Below are positions 44,613 to 54,489 of a stretch of 64,000 nt of DNA, piece by piece. The stretch is from a virus. The stretch spans positions 123,325-187,324 of IMG/VR virus record IMGVR_UViG_3300047494_000112; one strand, written 5' to 3'. Position 1 is the first letter of the stretch, and every line of letters starts with the position of its first letter. The notes under the pieces are model-generated. The model made no database searches, was not told the DNA's origin, and worked only from the letters and a program-made list of their open reading frames with translations. The position numbers and the translations under genes were made by a program.

Positions 44613-45458
44613 ATGTTTGGACATAACCGTATAATGGTTCCAAAATCTTATTCCGAGGAACCAAAAGAATCTCTAATGATAACTAGTCTATTTAAGACCA
44701 TGCAAGGAGAAGGCCCATTTGCAGGTCGTTCATGCGTTTTTTTGCGCCTTACTGGTTGTAATCTAAAATGCAGCTTCTGCGACACTTTCTTTGACTCTGG
44801 AGACACACTCTCTTTTCAAGAGATTATTGTTCGAATCCACGAAGCAGAATTAAGATTTTATCGTAGTAGAAATATTGACATACGAAGCACTGCACTTGAA
44901 ACGCAAAAAAGACTCCTGGTAATTACAGGAGGCGAACCAACAGCTCAACCAAACCTTACCGGGTTTATTGACCAGATTATTGGTCTTGGTTGGGATGTTC
45001 AGATTGAGAGTAACGGGTTGATTAAACGTCACCTTCATCCCGATGCTTATTATGTTGTAAGCCCAAAGGTAAATGAAAAAACCAAGCAATTCATCAAGCT
45101 TAATACAGATATGCTGATGAGAGCTAATTGCTTAAAGTTTGTAATCAGCAAGACAGAACCTGGCTATACAGACATTCCAGAATTTGCACTAGAATGGCGT
45201 AAAGAAGCTGATGAACGTGGAGTAGAAAAACGTATCTATGTTTCTCCTATGAACATGTATGCTACTCAGCCAGTAAAGCTAGGAGCTAATGGAACCTTGG
45301 AAGGTAGAAGTGAGGTTGATGAACGAATCTCATTCTGGACTCCAGGATTACTTGATATGAAAAAGAACCAGGAGAACCACGAATGGGCAGCTGAAATTGC
45401 TCTTAAGCATAGAGCGTACCTGACACTACAAACTCATCTGATGGCATCACTACCATAA
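44613..45458 (+). CDS. queE: 7-carboxy-7-deazaguanine synthase (radical SAM)
   Basis: F.TMQGEGPFAG..CVFLRLTGCNLKCSFCDT; VITGGEP; IESNG; VSPK; LQTH. Confidence 0.92.
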   Translation: MFGHNRIMVPKSYSEEPKESLMITSLFKTMQGEGPFAGRSCVFLRLTGCNLKCSFCDTFFDSGDTLSFQEIIVRIHEAELRFYRSRNIDIRSTALETQKRLLVITGGEPTAQPNLTGFIDQIIGLGWDVQIESNGLIKRHLHPDAYYVVSPKVNEKTKQFIKLNTDMLMRANCLKFVISKTEPGYTDIPEFALEWRKEADERGVEKRIYVSPMNMYATQPVKLGANGTLEGRSEVDERISFWTPGLLDMKKNQENHEWAAEIALKHRAYLTLQTHLMASLP

Positions 45459-45471
45459 CAAGGAGAATAAA

Positions 45472-46419
45472 ATGTCTGCAACACAAACTGAGACTAAAGT
45501 GTCAAACGTCGCAATGAAGCGTTTGATTGCTAATACTATTAGCCGAGCTCTCGAAAAGATGGGCAGCAAAATCTTTACTTTTACTGACGTAAATAACGCC
45601 ATTGTTTCTGACGGAAAATATAATGGTGGAGCAACAAATGATGAAATTCAGCACGCGCTTGATTGGCGTGTAAAAGCTTACAAATTATACAAGTTGCCTG
45701 ATGGTTCGTACACAAGGTCAAAAGGCCGTGCAAGGTTGGCTAAGACCAAAAATGAAGATAAGGTAGTGAAAACTATCTTTACACCTGCTGCCAAATTGGC
45801 AAAAAATGAAGTGCTGGCCAAAAACGCAAAGCCTGGAGATGGCCGTCCTGGTGGTCGTAAGATTATCCAAAGCCCTAAAAAGGTCAAGAGAAACAAGAAA
45901 CTTGTTCAAAGTAGCATAGGCCCAACGAAGCTTGGATTTGCAATAGGTAAAGCTATTAAAGCTTCAAACAACTTTTTGTCAGCCGACATTTTGCGAGCCG
46001 TTCAAATTGACTGGCCAAAAGCCACAATTCAGGACGTTAACAAAGCTCTAAATTGGCGTATTGCAAACAAGAGCTTAAAATTCGTTGATGGGTTTCTGGT
46101 TCATAGCGTCTGGAATGGCTCCAAGAGCCATGTACGCTCTGCCAAAAACGTTATCGTGCAAAAGAGCAATTTACCTGTAGAAACAAAGACTATAACAGAC
46201 GAAACTTTAACAGCACAGATAAAACGCTTAAACGATATTCCCCACACTATTGCTGACACCTCAATCAAGATAACCAAGACTTTTGATTTTACCGCTGATG
46301 CTCTTGGTATTGCTCAATTTGAAAGCTATTGCAAAATTTATGAAATGCTGAATGACAAGCACCAAGACATTTTGTATGGTAAAGTAATGGACTACATTAA
46401 TAGCATAATGGGAAGCTAA
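45472..46419 (+). CDS. Protein with two winged-helix-like repeats and a basic linker
   Basis: ATNDEIQHALDWRVKAYKL vs ATIQDVNKALNWRIANKSL. Confidence 0.7.
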   Translation: MSATQTETKVSNVAMKRLIANTISRALEKMGSKIFTFTDVNNAIVSDGKYNGGATNDEIQHALDWRVKAYKLYKLPDGSYTRSKGRARLAKTKNEDKVVKTIFTPAAKLAKNEVLAKNAKPGDGRPGGRKIIQSPKKVKRNKKLVQSSIGPTKLGFAIGKAIKASNNFLSADILRAVQIDWPKATIQDVNKALNWRIANKSLKFVDGFLVHSVWNGSKSHVRSAKNVIVQKSNLPVETKTITDETLTAQIKRLNDIPHTIADTSIKITKTFDFTADALGIAQFESYCKIYEMLNDKHQDILYGKVMDYINSIMGS

Positions 46420-46421
46420 AC

Positions 46422-47435
46422 TTGAGTTGGCTTGTACTAGGTGATCTACACCTTCAATGTTACCCGAAGGGAGTTCCTGCGTCGTTCTCCTATATCAAAA
46501 ATATCTTTAATCAGGTAGAAGAGTATGCACGTAAAAACGCTGTAGACACCGTAGTACAAGTTGGAGATGTTCATGATGGTGCGGGGGTCGATGAGGCCAC
46601 CCGCATCTTTCTTTTGGATCAGTTGCATAATTCTAAACTACAGTGGCGATTGCTAATGGGCAATCATGATTACACAGACTCAGAATACAACACGCTTAAA
46701 TACTATCAAGCACTACAAAAACGCTTAGGCATTTTGCCGAATGTTCAATTTTACACTGAACCTACTCCGGACAAATTGAAGGGAAAATTTGTTGCCTTTC
46801 TACCTTGGCCTCACAACAAGATAAAATTTTCGGAGCCTTTGATCTGTTTTGCTCACTTTGCAGCGGCTGGAGCCAAAGGAGATAATGGCTATGTCTTAAA
46901 AGGTGATCGTTATATCTCAAAAAATCACTATTGGGAGATAGGTGATTTACATACACCGCAGCGTGGTAGTAATTGGAATTACATAGGAGCACCACTCCAA
47001 TTCAAATACGGTGACACTGACAAAAGGTTTTTTGGCCATTTTACTGGTACAGCTATCAAACCAAAGACAACCAAGATACCAATCCAATTGCCTTATAGGA
47101 TTGAACAAGGTACCTACACTAATCCAAAAGATTTAGATATGCTTTTCAAACACTTAGGTAAACGTGAGACCAATGAATATACTCTCCTAAAATTAGGAGA
47201 AGAAATATTAGTTGATCATCGTTATGACGAGCTTAGTAAACAGCCTAGATTAACAATTGAATATGCTGGCAAGAAGCAAAAAGATGAAGAACAACAGGAT
47301 ACAATTGTGTTAATTGACTCCAAGTCCGTCAGAGAATCTTTGGTTCGTAAGCGTTTAAAGAAAAAAGGCCATGACAAAAAAACTATAGATAAAGCCATGT
47401 CGATCGTCAATTCTTTGGAGAAAGAAAATGGATGA
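46422..47435 (+). CDS. SbcD/Mre11-like metallophosphoesterase nuclease
   Basis: GDLH; VGDVHD; MGNHD; FAH; GDLHTPQ; YIGAPLQ..YGD. Confidence 0.85.
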   Translation: MSWLVLGDLHLQCYPKGVPASFSYIKNIFNQVEEYARKNAVDTVVQVGDVHDGAGVDEATRIFLLDQLHNSKLQWRLLMGNHDYTDSEYNTLKYYQALQKRLGILPNVQFYTEPTPDKLKGKFVAFLPWPHNKIKFSEPLICFAHFAAAGAKGDNGYVLKGDRYISKNHYWEIGDLHTPQRGSNWNYIGAPLQFKYGDTDKRFFGHFTGTAIKPKTTKIPIQLPYRIEQGTYTNPKDLDMLFKHLGKRETNEYTLLKLGEEILVDHRYDELSKQPRLTIEYAGKKQKDEEQQDTIVLIDSKSVRESLVRKRLKKKGHDKKTIDKAMSIVNSLEKENG

Positions 47436-47655
47436 AATTAAGCTGTGCAAGGACTGCCAATGGGTAAAAGTTGGCTGGATTGATAAATTGCTTGTTGGAT
47501 GGAGATTTGCTAAATGTACACACCCAGATTCGGAACAAGAAGAAGAAATAGACTACTCAACAGGAAAGATAGAGCCCAAACATTTTTACTATTGCTCTAC
47601 CATGAGAATGGGCAGTTGTGGAAAAGAAGCTAACCTCTTTGAGCCCAAATCATGA
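47428..47655 (+). CDS. Small Cys-rich protein
   Basis: CKDC...C.HP...C...R...CG.EA.LF. Confidence 0.65.
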   Translation: MDEIKLCKDCQWVKVGWIDKLLVGWRFAKCTHPDSEQEEEIDYSTGKIEPKHFYYCSTMRMGSCGKEANLFEPKS

Positions 47656-47978
47656 CAAAACGCTTACCTGAAGCTGTAAAGCTAATTCGTCGGGCTAAAA
47701 GATATTTACGAAAGGGCTGGACTAAAGGATATTCAGCTAGAGACAAAGACAACCATTGGGCTCCTCCTACAGAAAAAAGTGCTGTTTGCTGGTGCCTAGT
47801 TGGAGCTTTAGACAAAGCAGTCAAAGGTGGAGATTGGTATCAGCATTTAGGTAAGGAAGAGCTGTACAAAGTCTTTGGTCGGCAGCCTTTACATAAATTT
47901 AATGACGCTGCTGAATCTGTTGATGAGGTAATTGGCAAGTTAGACCATTTGGAGGCTCTATATGTATCAAGTAAATAA
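47652..47978 (+). CDS. Hypothetical phage protein (GW..G..ARD...WCLVGAL...FND pattern)
   Basis: Conserved-looking motif set; ATGA coupling. Confidence 0.7.
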   Translation: MTKRLPEAVKLIRRAKRYLRKGWTKGYSARDKDNHWAPPTEKSAVCWCLVGALDKAVKGGDWYQHLGKEELYKVFGRQPLHKFNDAAESVDEVIGKLDHLEALYVSSK

Positions 47979-48330
47979 AGAGAATGCTTTTGCTACAATG
48001 CGTGAATGCTTTTACAATCAAAGAACAATATGGATTGATGGTGCTGGGCCTTACAAAGTTGGTGCATTTGACCCCAACAACAATCAGGTATTATTAATCA
48101 AATATCGTAATTCAGATTTATACGAAAGCTATCTAAAACTAATTGAACAGCTTTCAAAAAGGCGTTATGATCCTTTTAACATGGAGAGCATGAAACTATT
48201 TCATAAAGAAATGGAAGAAAAAGAGGGTGAATATTGGCACCTTTTGCAAGATTTTAAACTGTGGGTATCCTCTGACTTTTTTAGACTAAACACAGTGACT
48301 TTAGGACATCTGAAATCAGACCATGAATAG
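47962..48330 (+). CDS. Hypothetical protein
   Basis: Coupled ORF. Confidence 0.6.
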   Translation: MYQVNKENAFATMRECFYNQRTIWIDGAGPYKVGAFDPNNNQVLLIKYRNSDLYESYLKLIEQLSKRRYDPFNMESMKLFHKEMEEKEGEYWHLLQDFKLWVSSDFFRLNTVTLGHLKSDHE

Positions 48331-49315
48331 AGAAGCTCTTGTTGCAGCCTTACATTCGGTACCAGATCGAGGCTTTGAATTGCGAGGAGAAAAAGGCTGG
48401 ATAAAATGTCCTTGGCATCGCGATGGCAATGAGTCTACTCCATCACTTTGCATTACCTTAGATAGCGGGCAGTATCCTGCGGGTAGTTGGGTATGCTTTG
48501 GCTGTAGCCCTAGAAAATCAGGCAATTGGAATGTACTAGCAGTTAAACTTTCTTTAAAAAAGAAAGGCCAAGAGGACGAAGACGAACTCTATGCTTCTGA
48601 GCTGCCTGAAAAGATGCTGCAAAAAATGCTGGAAGAAGAAGATGAGCAAGCTAATAACCTGCACGAAATGATCTTAAAAGAGCCAATTGTACAGATAAGC
48701 CAAAATTGGAGGGGAATCAAAGGTTGGCTATTGAATGAGATTGGCGCTAGAGTGTCTATGCTTTCTTCCTCAGGAAAAACCATTAATTCCAGCAGAGTCT
48801 ATTTACCTGTTAGAGTAAATGGAAAATGGCAAGGTGGCATTTTTTGTTCTTGGTCAGAACAAAGCGGTCTTAAATACGAAAATGAGAAGATGGAATCGCA
48901 AAATTTACTCTTTCCATATGACTGGGTAAAAGAACAGCTATTAAAGCTTCCGCCTAAAAGAAGAAAATGCTTGTTTGTAGAGGGACCAAGAGATGCTCTC
49001 AACATGTGTCAAAACGGGATTATGGCTCTGGCTAATTTGGGTGGTGATACAGTTTGGAGTGAGTCTAAGTCTGAATTGCTTCAAGAGCTAAATTTATCTG
49101 TCTTGGTAATTGCAACCGATCCCGATCACATGGGTAATAAATTGGCAAATATAATTAAGCGTTCATTGGGTAACATTATCCCTAACATTAAAAGATTCAA
49201 AATGAAGGTAAAATGGAACGAAGCTAGAACAAAGATTTTGGAAAAAGAAGATCCAGGTAATTTATCTCCTGATAGAATAGATTATCTGCGTAAACAGATG
49301 GAAGGGTTTAGTTGA
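48323..49315 (+). CDS. DNA primase (CHC2 zinc finger + TOPRIM)
   Basis: CPWH...CFGC; FVEGPRD; ATDPDHMG; EDPG. Confidence 0.85.
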   Translation: MNREALVAALHSVPDRGFELRGEKGWIKCPWHRDGNESTPSLCITLDSGQYPAGSWVCFGCSPRKSGNWNVLAVKLSLKKKGQEDEDELYASELPEKMLQKMLEEEDEQANNLHEMILKEPIVQISQNWRGIKGWLLNEIGARVSMLSSSGKTINSSRVYLPVRVNGKWQGGIFCSWSEQSGLKYENEKMESQNLLFPYDWVKEQLLKLPPKRRKCLFVEGPRDALNMCQNGIMALANLGGDTVWSESKSELLQELNLSVLVIATDPDHMGNKLANIIKRSLGNIIPNIKRFKMKVKWNEARTKILEKEDPGNLSPDRIDYLRKQMEGFS

Positions 49316-49662
49316 TGGACGAAACAACCACTCCAACAAGTGAGGATTTGAAAAAAGAAGTAGAATCTCACTTTAATGAGGTAATGTTGTCTCACAGTAG
49401 ATTAGGTAGATGTATAGGCTATGCAGAAGATGATACAGATTGCTATATCATTGTATTGTTTGAACGCAGAAAAATTGTCTGGCATACAATGGTGGGAGGC
49501 TACACGTGGCTAAAATGTTTAGAACAACAAAATGTCATTAAAATAAAAGACACAGACAAAATTTGGAATGATTATTCTAGATTAGATTCTCTTTTAAGTT
49601 TGAATGAGGCTCCAAAGCAAGACAAATTTTTAGTTGTTCTTGAGGAAAAAGAGAATGTTTAA
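49312..49662 (+). CDS. Hypothetical protein
   Basis: Coupled ORF. Confidence 0.65.
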   Translation: MMDETTTPTSEDLKKEVESHFNEVMLSHSRLGRCIGYAEDDTDCYIIVLFERRKIVWHTMVGGYTWLKCLEQQNVIKIKDTDKIWNDYSRLDSLLSLNEAPKQDKFLVVLEEKENV

Positions 49663-49945
49663 TAAATTTTTAGGGGTTATTATTCTAATATTTTTTATAT
49701 TTGTAATTACCTCACTATTGGCTTTTAACCAGTTAAAAATAAATCCGGTTGCAAACTTTAATCCAACTTTAATACAAGATCAACAAATGGCGCGTGACTG
49801 TATCTTGTCAGAGGTAAAATGGGCTGATAGCCAAACCAAGCCCTCCAATCAAGAAATTAATGCTTGGAGCGACAATTGTCTTGGTATTGCCACCGCTGAA
49901 TATAGGGTACTATTACAGGAGAAAATAGATGAAAACCGCAATTGA
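49655..49945 (+). CDS. Membrane-anchored hypothetical protein
   Basis: N-terminal TM helix; ATG at 49655. Confidence 0.65.
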   Translation: MFNKFLGVIILIFFIFVITSLLAFNQLKINPVANFNPTLIQDQQMARDCILSEVKWADSQTKPSNQEINAWSDNCLGIATAEYRVLLQEKIDENRN

Positions 49946-50339
49946 AAAATTGGCTGAACGTGATGAAGATAAAGGGCTAATAAAGCGCCATGTTTCATGG
50001 GGGCCTGAAGGCCACAAAATGACCCAAGAAGAAAAAGCTGAGTATATTCTTCAGATTGAAGATCAAGTAGCTGCAGAACTGGCAAACACTGTATCTATTC
50101 CAGTGTCAGTGTTGACTGACATTTCAGACGCTTTACATAATCTACATAAACTAGGTCAAGCTACCATTGATGAATGGACGCATATGAGTGAAAGTGAACG
50201 TTTTCTTCGTCATAAAGTAGGCGAACTTGCCGAGTTTCCAGCAATGTTTGCAGAGCAATATCTACCGGCAAATATTCAGATTGAGCGGCGTAAGGATCGT
50301 TTAAGACGAGAACGGGCACCAGCAACAGAGCGAGAATAA
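49929..50339 (+). CDS. Hypothetical protein
   Basis: AGGAG RBS. Confidence 0.7.
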   Translation: MKTAIEKLAERDEDKGLIKRHVSWGPEGHKMTQEEKAEYILQIEDQVAAELANTVSIPVSVLTDISDALHNLHKLGQATIDEWTHMSESERFLRHKVGELAEFPAMFAEQYLPANIQIERRKDRLRRERAPATERE

Positions 50340-50363
50340 TGACACAATTTAGGAGGATATCTA

Positions 50364-50600
50364 ATGAATGAATACTGGCGCAAACCTAACTGGTCAGCAA
50401 ATGCTACAGGCGAACAGCTTCGCAATGCTCTAAAAGAAGCTATAGACTATATTGATAGGTGTGAAAAAACTTTGGCAGAGGCAGCAATCCCACTTGAAAC
50501 AATGAACATTGTAGGTCAAAAAACAATGGGAATAAGCGATGACTTGTGGCAAGGAATACATCGAGCCATCATGTCTATCCGACAAATTTTTACGCCATGA
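50364..50600 (+). CDS. Hypothetical protein
   Basis: AGGAGG RBS. Confidence 0.65.
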   Translation: MNEYWRKPNWSANATGEQLRNALKEAIDYIDRCEKTLAEAAIPLETMNIVGQKTMGISDDLWQGIHRAIMSIRQIFTP

Positions 50601-50797
50601 ATATATTTAATGAATTGGTAGATCAAAACCAAATGGCTGCAGGATTAAAAGAAATTATGACTCATAGTACAATAATTGCTCTCAGCAACTCACCTGCCAT
50701 TTATACTGAGTTGATCAACAAAGGATACGCCTACAAATGGAGTAATAGGTGGCATGTTACGCCAAAAGGCTCAGACTTTATAAGTCATCAATTATAA
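50597..50797 (+). CDS. Small winged-helix-like protein
   Basis: ELINKGYA...W.VTPKG; ATGA coupling. Confidence 0.5.
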   Translation: MNIFNELVDQNQMAAGLKEIMTHSTIIALSNSPAIYTELINKGYAYKWSNRWHVTPKGSDFISHQL

Positions 50798-50851
50798 ACA
50801 AAAACTTTCAGCTATCTGATAGATCATGTGGAAATAATACGGAGATTAAAA

Positions 50852-51445
50852 ATGGCTCGCACTTATTGGCTTTACGGAGATTTGCATTTTCAACATGAGA
50901 ATATGTCGTCATTTTTATTAGATGACGGTTCAATAGCTAGACCCAATCCTTTTACAAAAGAAAAATTTTCTGGTTCAGAAGAACATGATGAATTTCTAAT
51001 TGAGCAATGGAACTCAGTTGTAAAATCGGAAGGTCACACAGTTTATCTTCTGGGCGATATCTGTATTAACCAAAAAGGTCTATTCAAGCTTAATAGATTA
51101 AATGGCCGCAAAATTTTGGTGCCAGGTAACCACGATATCTTTCCAATGAAAGATTATATGCCGTATTTTTCAGATGTACGCGGATACATTGTACGCAATA
51201 AAATTATCTACACGCACATCCCAATTCATAAAGACTGCATGGCAAGATTTGGCTGTAACGTGCATGCTCATACACATAATAATGTAATGAAAGACATTCA
51301 CGGTCTACCTGATAGAAGGTATTTTTGTGTTTCTGTCGAACAGTGCCCTGGGTACAAGCCAATTTCAATGGATATAATTCATGCTCATCGTGACAAGTTA
51401 AAAGCTGATGGCTTAATTGACGAAAAAGCAAAGGGAAATGCCTAA
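50852..51445 (+). CDS. Calcineurin-like metallophosphoesterase
   Basis: GDLHFQH; YLLGD; PGNHD; THIPIH; NVHAHTH. Confidence 0.88.
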   Translation: MARTYWLYGDLHFQHENMSSFLLDDGSIARPNPFTKEKFSGSEEHDEFLIEQWNSVVKSEGHTVYLLGDICINQKGLFKLNRLNGRKILVPGNHDIFPMKDYMPYFSDVRGYIVRNKIIYTHIPIHKDCMARFGCNVHAHTHNNVMKDIHGLPDRRYFCVSVEQCPGYKPISMDIIHAHRDKLKADGLIDEKAKGNA

Positions 51446-51636
51446 TGACTTTGCCAAAGGATGAATTTTTAAGAGATCAGATTGCTGATACTATCAAACG
51501 GAGTACATCAATAATAGACCCAACAAATCTAGCAGCAAAGATTATTCGAGAGTTACAAGATATGGGTTACCACATTTTGTATTGTCCTGGTTTGCCTAAA
51601 CATAAGATTAGTGGTGTTAAGCGAAAACAAAATTAG
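51445..51636 (+). CDS. Small hypothetical protein
   Basis: TAATG coupling. Confidence 0.55.
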   Translation: MTLPKDEFLRDQIADTIKRSTSIIDPTNLAAKIIRELQDMGYHILYCPGLPKHKISGVKRKQN

Positions 51637-51916
51637 GAGAAAAGTTGTGCCTGCAATTTATGAACCAAAGATAATTGATGAGGTTGTCGGTATAGAGTGC
51701 GATAATTGTCATGAAGAATACCATGATGGAGTGAATGATTTTTATGTTGATTATACTTTTGGCTATGGAACAGCTCTTGATGGAACTCAATTGCATTTAG
51801 CTCTATGTGATAAATGCTTAGCGGTAATGGTTGCTACTTTTGTTCAAAATCCAGTGTTCAAGACTGAACAAGGGCTATTGTCAGGCAATGATGTTTTGAC
51901 TTTATTGAAAGCTTAG
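51611..51916 (+). CDS. Zinc-ribbon-like hypothetical protein
   Basis: CDNC...FGYGT..DG...LCDKC. Confidence 0.7.
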   Translation: MVLSENKIRRKVVPAIYEPKIIDEVVGIECDNCHEEYHDGVNDFYVDYTFGYGTALDGTQLHLALCDKCLAVMVATFVQNPVFKTEQGLLSGNDVLTLLKA

Positions 51917-51937
51917 ATAATAGATAATCCAACCGTA

Positions 51938-51976
51938 GAAAAAGGCCAGGCGGCATTTTGCTTCCTGGCCTTTTTC
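51938..51976. terminator. Bidirectional terminator between convergent blocks
   Basis: gaaaaaggccagg...cctggcctttttc (13-bp stem with A/T tracts on both sides). Confidence 0.85.
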
Positions 51977-52033
51977 GCCTCAAGATTCGGTATTTAGATG
52001 TGTTAGTATAACTAACACATCTTTAGTATCAAT

Positions 52034-52627
52034 TTACCTATGATTTGCAAGTATTTTGTTGACTTTATCAGTACGTGCAGCACCGCCAAGGTTCTTGTTC
52101 AAATAAGCCCAATCTTCCTTACTTAAGGTTTTTTCACTGCTACGCAAGCGTGAATATATTTCAATAGGGTCAATGTCATCTCTAGCACAAATGTCCTTGA
52201 TCATTGAGGAAACGTTTGGGTGATCATCAGCACTCATTTCAGTGATAATATCACGAGGCATAATTGGAGCAGCGTCTAAATCTTTAGTTGCTGAATTGTA
52301 TTTGTTTTTTAGACGAGTAGCTTCAATTACAGCATCTTCTTCAGCTAAAATTTTCTCAGCGTCGGGATCAGGAACCAATTCAATTAAGCCACGATTGATG
52401 GCTTGACGAAAATCAGGAGAGGCTAAAATTACCTCTTTTGGAGCTTGCGCGGTTAGATCTTGAGGAATCCAGCTATCTTGTACCAAAATGGACCGGATTT
52501 GATTATTGTAGCTAATTTCAAAGGAAACATTGGTTGATCTTTTATGTTTTGAAACAGAAATTGAAGTATTAAGCACAAATATTGATTCTGAAGGTGATTT
52601 GGTTAATTGGGTAATTGTGTAGGGCAT
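52034..52627 (-). CDS. Hypothetical protein
   Basis: 197-aa ORF with AAGGA RBS on the minus strand. Confidence 0.75.
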   Translation of the reverse strand: MPYTITQLTKSPSESIFVLNTSISVSKHKRSTNVSFEISYNNQIRSILVQDSWIPQDLTAQAPKEVILASPDFRQAINRGLIELVPDPDAEKILAEEDAVIEATRLKNKYNSATKDLDAAPIMPRDIITEMSADDHPNVSSMIKDICARDDIDPIEIYSRLRSSEKTLSKEDWAYLNKNLGGAARTDKVNKILANHR

Positions 52628-52688
52628 TTTTGTATTCCTTATGCTGTAATCGTTAAAGTTAATTCTAGTTTTCTAAGATTATTGATAC

Positions 52689-53060
52689 TTACCTCCGCAT
52701 TTGTAAAGACCAATCTGTCCTTACGTTAAATAACATTACTTGATCTCCTGTAATTGTTGCTACTGTATCGGAATCTACAATTGTAGGACAGTTCCAATAA
52801 GCGTCTGTTAAAACTTTAATGCCATTAATTTCTCCAGATATTCCATTCAATAATTCTACATAATCAACACAAGTTTGAAAATTTTCATCAGGCAATAGCC
52901 ATTTAATATAAGCTCCTCTACCAACAAGCAAAAAATCAGCATTTGGATTAGTTTGGATTATATCTCCAATATCTGCCACATCTTGTGATAATAATTCAGT
53001 GGTTGACTTTTGAACTTTTTGGTATATCTTCTTTTGAAGATCTGTAGGTTGAATTTCCAT
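52689..53060 (-). CDS. Hypothetical protein
   Basis: AAGGAG RBS before the ATG at 53060. Confidence 0.7.
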   Translation of the reverse strand: MEIQPTDLQKKIYQKVQKSTTELLSQDVADIGDIIQTNPNADFLLVGRGAYIKWLLPDENFQTCVDYVELLNGISGEINGIKVLTDAYWNCPTIVDSDTVATITGDQVMLFNVRTDWSLQMRR

Positions 53061-53150
53061 TTGTCTACTCCTTAAAAGCACTGTTCATTTAGACTATTTT
53101 ACTCTAAAAAAATAAATCCAAAGCTAATATCTATTCGATATGCTACTAAT

Positions 53151-53732
53151 TCATTTTCGTTCAAGTTCTAACTCCTTTAAAATCAAAGGTGGTAGTAAGT
53201 CCCAGAGAGTATCTGCAAAATATACTCCTAGTTTTTGTCTAATTTCTGTTTTTGTCATAGTTTTAACAAAAAGCCAAATGTCCATTCTTCTAATACCTAG
53301 TCCAGGCAAAGAAAAGGGGCTTCTAGATTTTTGTTTATTAACCAATTTGGCTCGATGTGAGCATTTATCTTGGTTCAGACACGCTGAATAGTTTGCCTCC
53401 AATGGAGAGCCACAATTAGAACAAGAATACTGCCATTTGGATTTTTCTCTTAGTTCTTGCAATAACTGATACAGTTTTGTCATTTTTTCTAATTGGGAAA
53501 CAGAATTAGAGTAAGCAGCTTGAGCAGTTTTTTGGTCAACACCAAAAACAATTGCAAAATCTTGAATACTAGCTGTATATTTTTTGTAAAAACATCCAGT
53601 CTTTTTTCCTCCTGTTAGTCTAACAAGATTAGCTGGGCATTCATAAACTTGGCAATCTCCAATTACACGAATACTAGATATAGGACAAACGTGTATCTGT
53701 GTCTTATCCTTTCCTTTTAGTTTTACTTCCAC
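53151..53732 (-). CDS. Cys-rich hypothetical protein (zinc ribbons)
   Basis: CPIS...CQVYEC...CFYK; CSNCG...C....C. Confidence 0.7.
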   Translation of the reverse strand: MEVKLKGKDKTQIHVCPISSIRVIGDCQVYECPANLVRLTGGKKTGCFYKKYTASIQDFAIVFGVDQKTAQAAYSNSVSQLEKMTKLYQLLQELREKSKWQYSCSNCGSPLEANYSACLNQDKCSHRAKLVNKQKSRSPFSLPGLGIRRMDIWLFVKTMTKTEIRQKLGVYFADTLWDLLPPLILKELELERK

Positions 53733-54375
53733 GTTTATTTTCCTTTATCCATTTTTTTGCAAAAGCTTGAATTTGATTAGGCTTCCAAGATTCATATGGA
53801 TTTTTGTCCCACAAATTTGCTAAATAAACTGCTTGAAGATGAGCATCAATCATATGATCTGGAAAAGGCTTTAAGCTATCATAGAAACCTTCCAAAGGCC
53901 TTAAAATTTTCTCTGCTGGTACTAGTTTACCTTTCACACGTTTATTTACCATTATTGTCTTAGCGTATTGAGGATTTTGTTTAGTCCATCGGTTTTTCCA
54001 CTGTGATGCTGATATTAAATATATGTATATCTTATTCTGCAAACAGATAGAAGATATAATACCAATCATAATATTTAAATATTCGGAAGAATTTCCATTA
54101 AACCTCCCTCGATTCTGAAATCGCTCTAACAAGACAACATTTGGTTTATGCTTGTTTAGCAGTGTTTTAAATTCTAACTCGAAGGAAATTAGACAAGGCA
54201 AGAAAGCTGGATCAATTAATGTCTGAATAGTATTTGTTATAAATCCTAATTCAATTAATTTTTTACTTACGGTTAACCCGTACGCTAAATTCTTGCTACC
54301 CATGTCCAAACTTAAAATACGCTTGAATTTCTTTTTTGTTTTGATTAGCTTTGGCAGCTTAGGTTTCTTTGCCAT
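53704..54375 (-). CDS. RuvC-like Holliday junction resolvase
   Basis: ILSLDMGSKNLAYG; VLLERFQ; I.ASQWK; DHMIDA (RNase H fold D-E-D-D). Confidence 0.8.
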   Translation of the reverse strand: MAKKPKLPKLIKTKKKFKRILSLDMGSKNLAYGLTVSKKLIELGFITNTIQTLIDPAFLPCLISFELEFKTLLNKHKPNVVLLERFQNRGRFNGNSSEYLNIMIGIISSICLQNKIYIYLISASQWKNRWTKQNPQYAKTIMVNKRVKGKLVPAEKILRPLEGFYDSLKPFPDHMIDAHLQAVYLANLWDKNPYESWKPNQIQAFAKKWIKENKRGSKTKRKG

Positions 54376-54489
54376 CTATTACCTAAAATGAATAATTTGG
54401 TTTGTAGACTACCAGTAATGATTAATTGACTAACATACTAACACTATTTACCAGATTTGTCAATCTTCACAGATTTTAGGATAAAGACC

